From positions 1 to 38,812 of the forward strand of contig JASVEC010000161.1 of assembly GCA_030770535.1 (NCBI GenBank): a stretch of DNA of 38,812 nucleotides. The letters are read 5' to 3'. Position 1 is the first letter of the stretch; the number at the start of each line of letters is the position of its first letter. The position numbers and the translations under genes were made by a program. This DNA comes from Batkoa obscura (lineage: Eukaryota). Under the pieces are notes generated by a model. That model was not told where the DNA came from, made no database searches, and saw only the letters and a program-made list of their open reading frames with translations. Shown here piece after piece: positions 35,432 through 38,812 of the stretch.

Positions 35432-35896
35432 AAGTGTGAAATCTGGTACTCAGTGGTTGGGGCCAAAAGTAGCTTTTGCTTGGTTGATTAGCCGTAAGTT
35501 AAAGGTCTTAATTTATGCAACTAAGGTGGACTTGGATTATAGAGAATAGTACATAATATGTACAGACTATATAAGACAAATAGAATAGACAATGCTACAG
35601 TAAAATCTATCCAAAATACTATCAGAAAGATTTGGTGGCTTTATTAAAGGTACGATAGCAAGGAACAGTTCAATTAAAAAGTCTGGGGTTATTATTTTGA
35701 AGGATCTCTTTTATACTCGAACAAGCATGAATATCAAAACTAGAGGATAATGTCCTTCAGAATCATATAGCAGAAATCCTCATAGATAGCAAATTAAAAT
35801 AAGAGTTTGGGATTGATCGTCTCCGAACTCAAGAACACAACTTAAGTGATTATTATATTATAATCAATTATAGAGCTGACAAAGCGATATTTCACA
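35432..35896 (-). mobile_element. Family B element copy 3 (inverted, more diverged)
   Basis: GTGTGAAATCTGGTACTCAG...TATATAAGACAAATAGAATAGACAATGCTA...GTGGCTTTATTAAA...CTGACAAAGCGATATTTCACA is the reverse complement of ~16172-16639. Confidence 0.85.
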
Positions 35897-36712
35897 GAAG
35901 TTTATGAAAATTAATGTATAGACAGATACAGAAAACTGTTTTAAATTTTAAGAGTTTTTACATTGCATATCTAAAAAAATTTATAAAATAAATAGTAGTT
36001 CAAATATTGAGCTTAATTTTTTTCCCAAGGATTATAGAAAAAGTATAGCTGATAAGTATTTTAGGAATCTTTCATAATGGAAAAATAGTTCTGAAGCACT
36101 AAGTAGAATAAAAATATTAGCTAATTTTAAATTTTAAAATTAATAACTCAACTGTTAATAGTAGAAAAACAAATGTAATTTTTAAGAGTATGAAAAAAAC
36201 ACGATATCAAAAAGTGTTTACATTTTATTGAAAGCAATAATAAACTACATCGCTATCCAATATCTAATAGATTAGAAAAAAAGACATAATTATAATTAAA
36301 GTTATAAAGTCTATAGGAAATACAAAATTAAAAGATCAACCCCAGCTTATCGTATGAAAATAACAGAGAATTTAAGTTCCAGCATTCAATAAGCAAGTAA
36401 GTAGTTCATTGAATGATAAAAATCAATCGTGAAATGTTAGTATTACTTAAATAATTAATGACTAAGTTAATCAATAGTTAAAGAGCAAGTAGTTGTAATG
36501 GTAAGTAAAAACTATTACCATATTGCTTGTATTACATAGAAATAATTAATTACAGTCTTGGACGTAACCGCTCTCTCCCATACAGCTATTTATTAACTTA
36601 GGGATATTTTAATAGTGCAGTTATAGCATTAAAATTATTTATTTAATAGAGAACCTGAAATGTTGGCTATAAAGCAGTCAATAATAAATATTTCTCAATG
36701 AAGTTTTATAAG

Positions 36713-36813
36713 TGTGGGGTGTTTTTTGTGTTTAAGAATTTACTAACAATCTTTCTACTCAAATAGCGCTTAAAAAAAGGGAAAAATAATGAAATCAAAA
36801 AAAACATCCCATG
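36713..36813 (+). mobile_element. MITE family A copy
   Basis: TGGGGTGTTTTTTGTGTTTAAGAA...AAAAAAAACATCCCA. Confidence 0.85.
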
Positions 36814-37421
36814 TACTTATTTGCATACTACAACTTTGATTAATATTGAAAATAGGTTATATTACTAAAATCCTCGCTTAATCCGGTATTTCTATAAATT
36901 TAATAAAAATTCTGTTAACTTATGATATAAGTTATGACAAAATAACTTGAAACTGTGTTAGATATTTTTACTTTTTAATAAAATTTATTTTCAGAATTTT
37001 AAGCAGTTTTTGAAACATAAAGTATTTAAGAATTGGACGAGAAGATGAAACTAATTCTAACATTTCCAAAAAAAAATTTAATTGCTATTTAAAATTCTAG
37101 CATATTTTTGCTTATATTAGACAAAACAATTTTTTTATAGCATATGAAATAACAATTTACAAAGTGTTGACATTTTATATAAGCATTTTTTAATTATAAT
37201 ATTTCAAAGGAAGCAAAAAAAGTAATAAGATTATAACTATAGTTAGAAACAACTTATAGACTAATGTTTTTTAAATCTTATATTAATATCTTTATAAAAG
37301 ACAATGTTATTGGTTTTTAACTATATGTTTGAAAAAAATAATTTTCCAGAGTTTTAGTCAATTTTCTAGTTAATTATTAAAAAAACTTCTTTAAATATTT
37401 TAATAAAAAACAATATCAATA

Positions 37422-37524
37422 TATGGGGATGTTTTTTAGTTTCATTATTTTTTTCCATTTTTAAGCGCTATCTGAGTGGAAAGATTTTTGATAAAATTCT
37501 TAAATACAAAAATACACCCCCATA
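37422..37524 (-). mobile_element. MITE family A copy
   Basis: TA-TGGGGATGTTTTTT...AAAAATACACCCCCA-TA. Confidence 0.9.
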
Positions 37525-37938
37525 TGCTTCAAGGCCTTTTCTACCGTATTGTATTATTATACTAAGGCTCTATTTAATTTTTAAAATATAAATAGTTATT
37601 TTTGAAGTTTGTATATTGGTTTAATTTTAATTATTTAAAGTTTTTAACAGATAAATTATAAATAAAATTGATGAGTGGTATTTTAGTTTTTAAAATTTTA
37701 TTATAATAAGCGTACATTTATATTGAATTCCTACTTATTTTTATCTTTTTTTGGTAATAAAAATAAGTTTTTTGACTTTATTTACTATTAGTTTTTTTAT
37801 CTATTGTAAAGATTTAAATTGAGAACTCTTTATATAAGAAATTACTTGAACAAATAACACATATTTGATAAGCTATAAAACAAAAGCTTTTATTTGGTTT
37901 TTATATTGATTATTTAAATATAAAGCTGATAATATAGG

Positions 37939-38144
37939 TATGAGGATGTTTTTTTATTCCATTACTTTTTTCCATTTTTTTAAGCATCATTTGGGTGGAA
38001 AGATTGTTGGTAAAATTTTGAACAAAAAAACATATGGGGATGTATTTTTGTATTTGAGAATTTTACTAACAATTCTTCTACCCAAATAACGCTTAAAGAT
38101 GGAAAAAATAATGAAGCCAAAAAAAACATCCCCATATCCTTATA
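37939..38144. mobile_element. Nested pair of MITE family A copies (38035-38134 inserted in the TIR of the host copy)
   Basis: The host end AAAAAAACA-TA-TCCTTATA is split by TGGGGATG...CATCCCCA, with TA on both sides. Confidence 0.85.
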
Positions 38145-38812
38145 TGTAATTTGACTTTTTGAAGTTTGAATGGGGTTATTTTAAGCCATTTTGTTTTGGC
38201 GTTAACAACTTTATTTTTGATGCTAATACATAAATCAAAACAAATCAAAACCAGATTATTTTAGCCTATAGTTATTAATACTGATGTCTTATTTCTTTAA
38301 AAAAATTGCATCAACTTGAATTTTTTTATAAAACTTTAAGCACACTGGTATTCCTTCCTAACTTTTCAAAAGTACCATTGGAGTGTTTAATAATTTTATT
38401 AGAATGTCCTGACCAAGGTGATCTCTGGATTAGGTTAGATTCTATAACGTTTGGTTCAGTGTGGATATTTGAAATATCTAATCAAAAACCGTTGTAGTAC
38501 TTTTATTTATTCTTATCTATAAGTTTTATCAATTTTATTTTTAGATAAAGCTCTTAATCTCAAATTTCTTAAAATAAATAAAATCAGAACATCTGAATTT
38601 ATTAAATTCTAAAATAGAATCTTAAAAAAGTGTTGGAACACCTACAAGCTTGAAAAAAAAGCTATATAAACTTGAAAAGAGAATATATATAACTTTAAAC
38701 AAAACAAAAAATTAGCAATCATAGATTTATATAGTTTTTAAAAAAAATGTAATAATGACAATTCTACTACTCGAAGTCAAGAAACATTAGTAAAAATATT
38801 TCATAATTTAAA

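Noticed and set aside
38306..38497. 63-aa plus ORF and a ~55-codon open stretch on the minus strand
   Set aside because: No ATG start or recognisable homology; possibly a pseudogene fragment.

Overview
Very AT-rich fungal genomic DNA with short (~45-55 nt) GT-AG introns. The homoaconitase, MedA and mL60 genes point to a fungus; an early-diverging lineage such as Entomophthorales is my inference only. Housekeeping genes: THOC7/Mft1-like, MedA/medusa, homoaconitase LYS4, mitochondrial ribosomal protein L31, a divergent beta-tubulin, a cytochrome P450, a SulP anion transporter and tRNA-Ile(AAT). An accessory block at ~7.4-20.3 kb holds two things. The first is a tandem array of small secreted Gly/Asn/Tyr-rich proteins with a 6-Cys CBM19-like domain: 4 intact copies plus 4 decayed ones, with a clear gene-conversion signature. 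The second is a secreted repeat precursor of acidic peptides separated by RRHRR linkers (Kex2/furin-processed type). Intergenic DNA carries about 17 copies of a ~100-bp TA-flanked MITE, a ~550-bp related element in 3 copies and a third small TIR element. A G-U-rich 76-nt hairpin at 29.7 kb is a candidate unannotated ncRNA. All calls were made by eye; no database searches were run.
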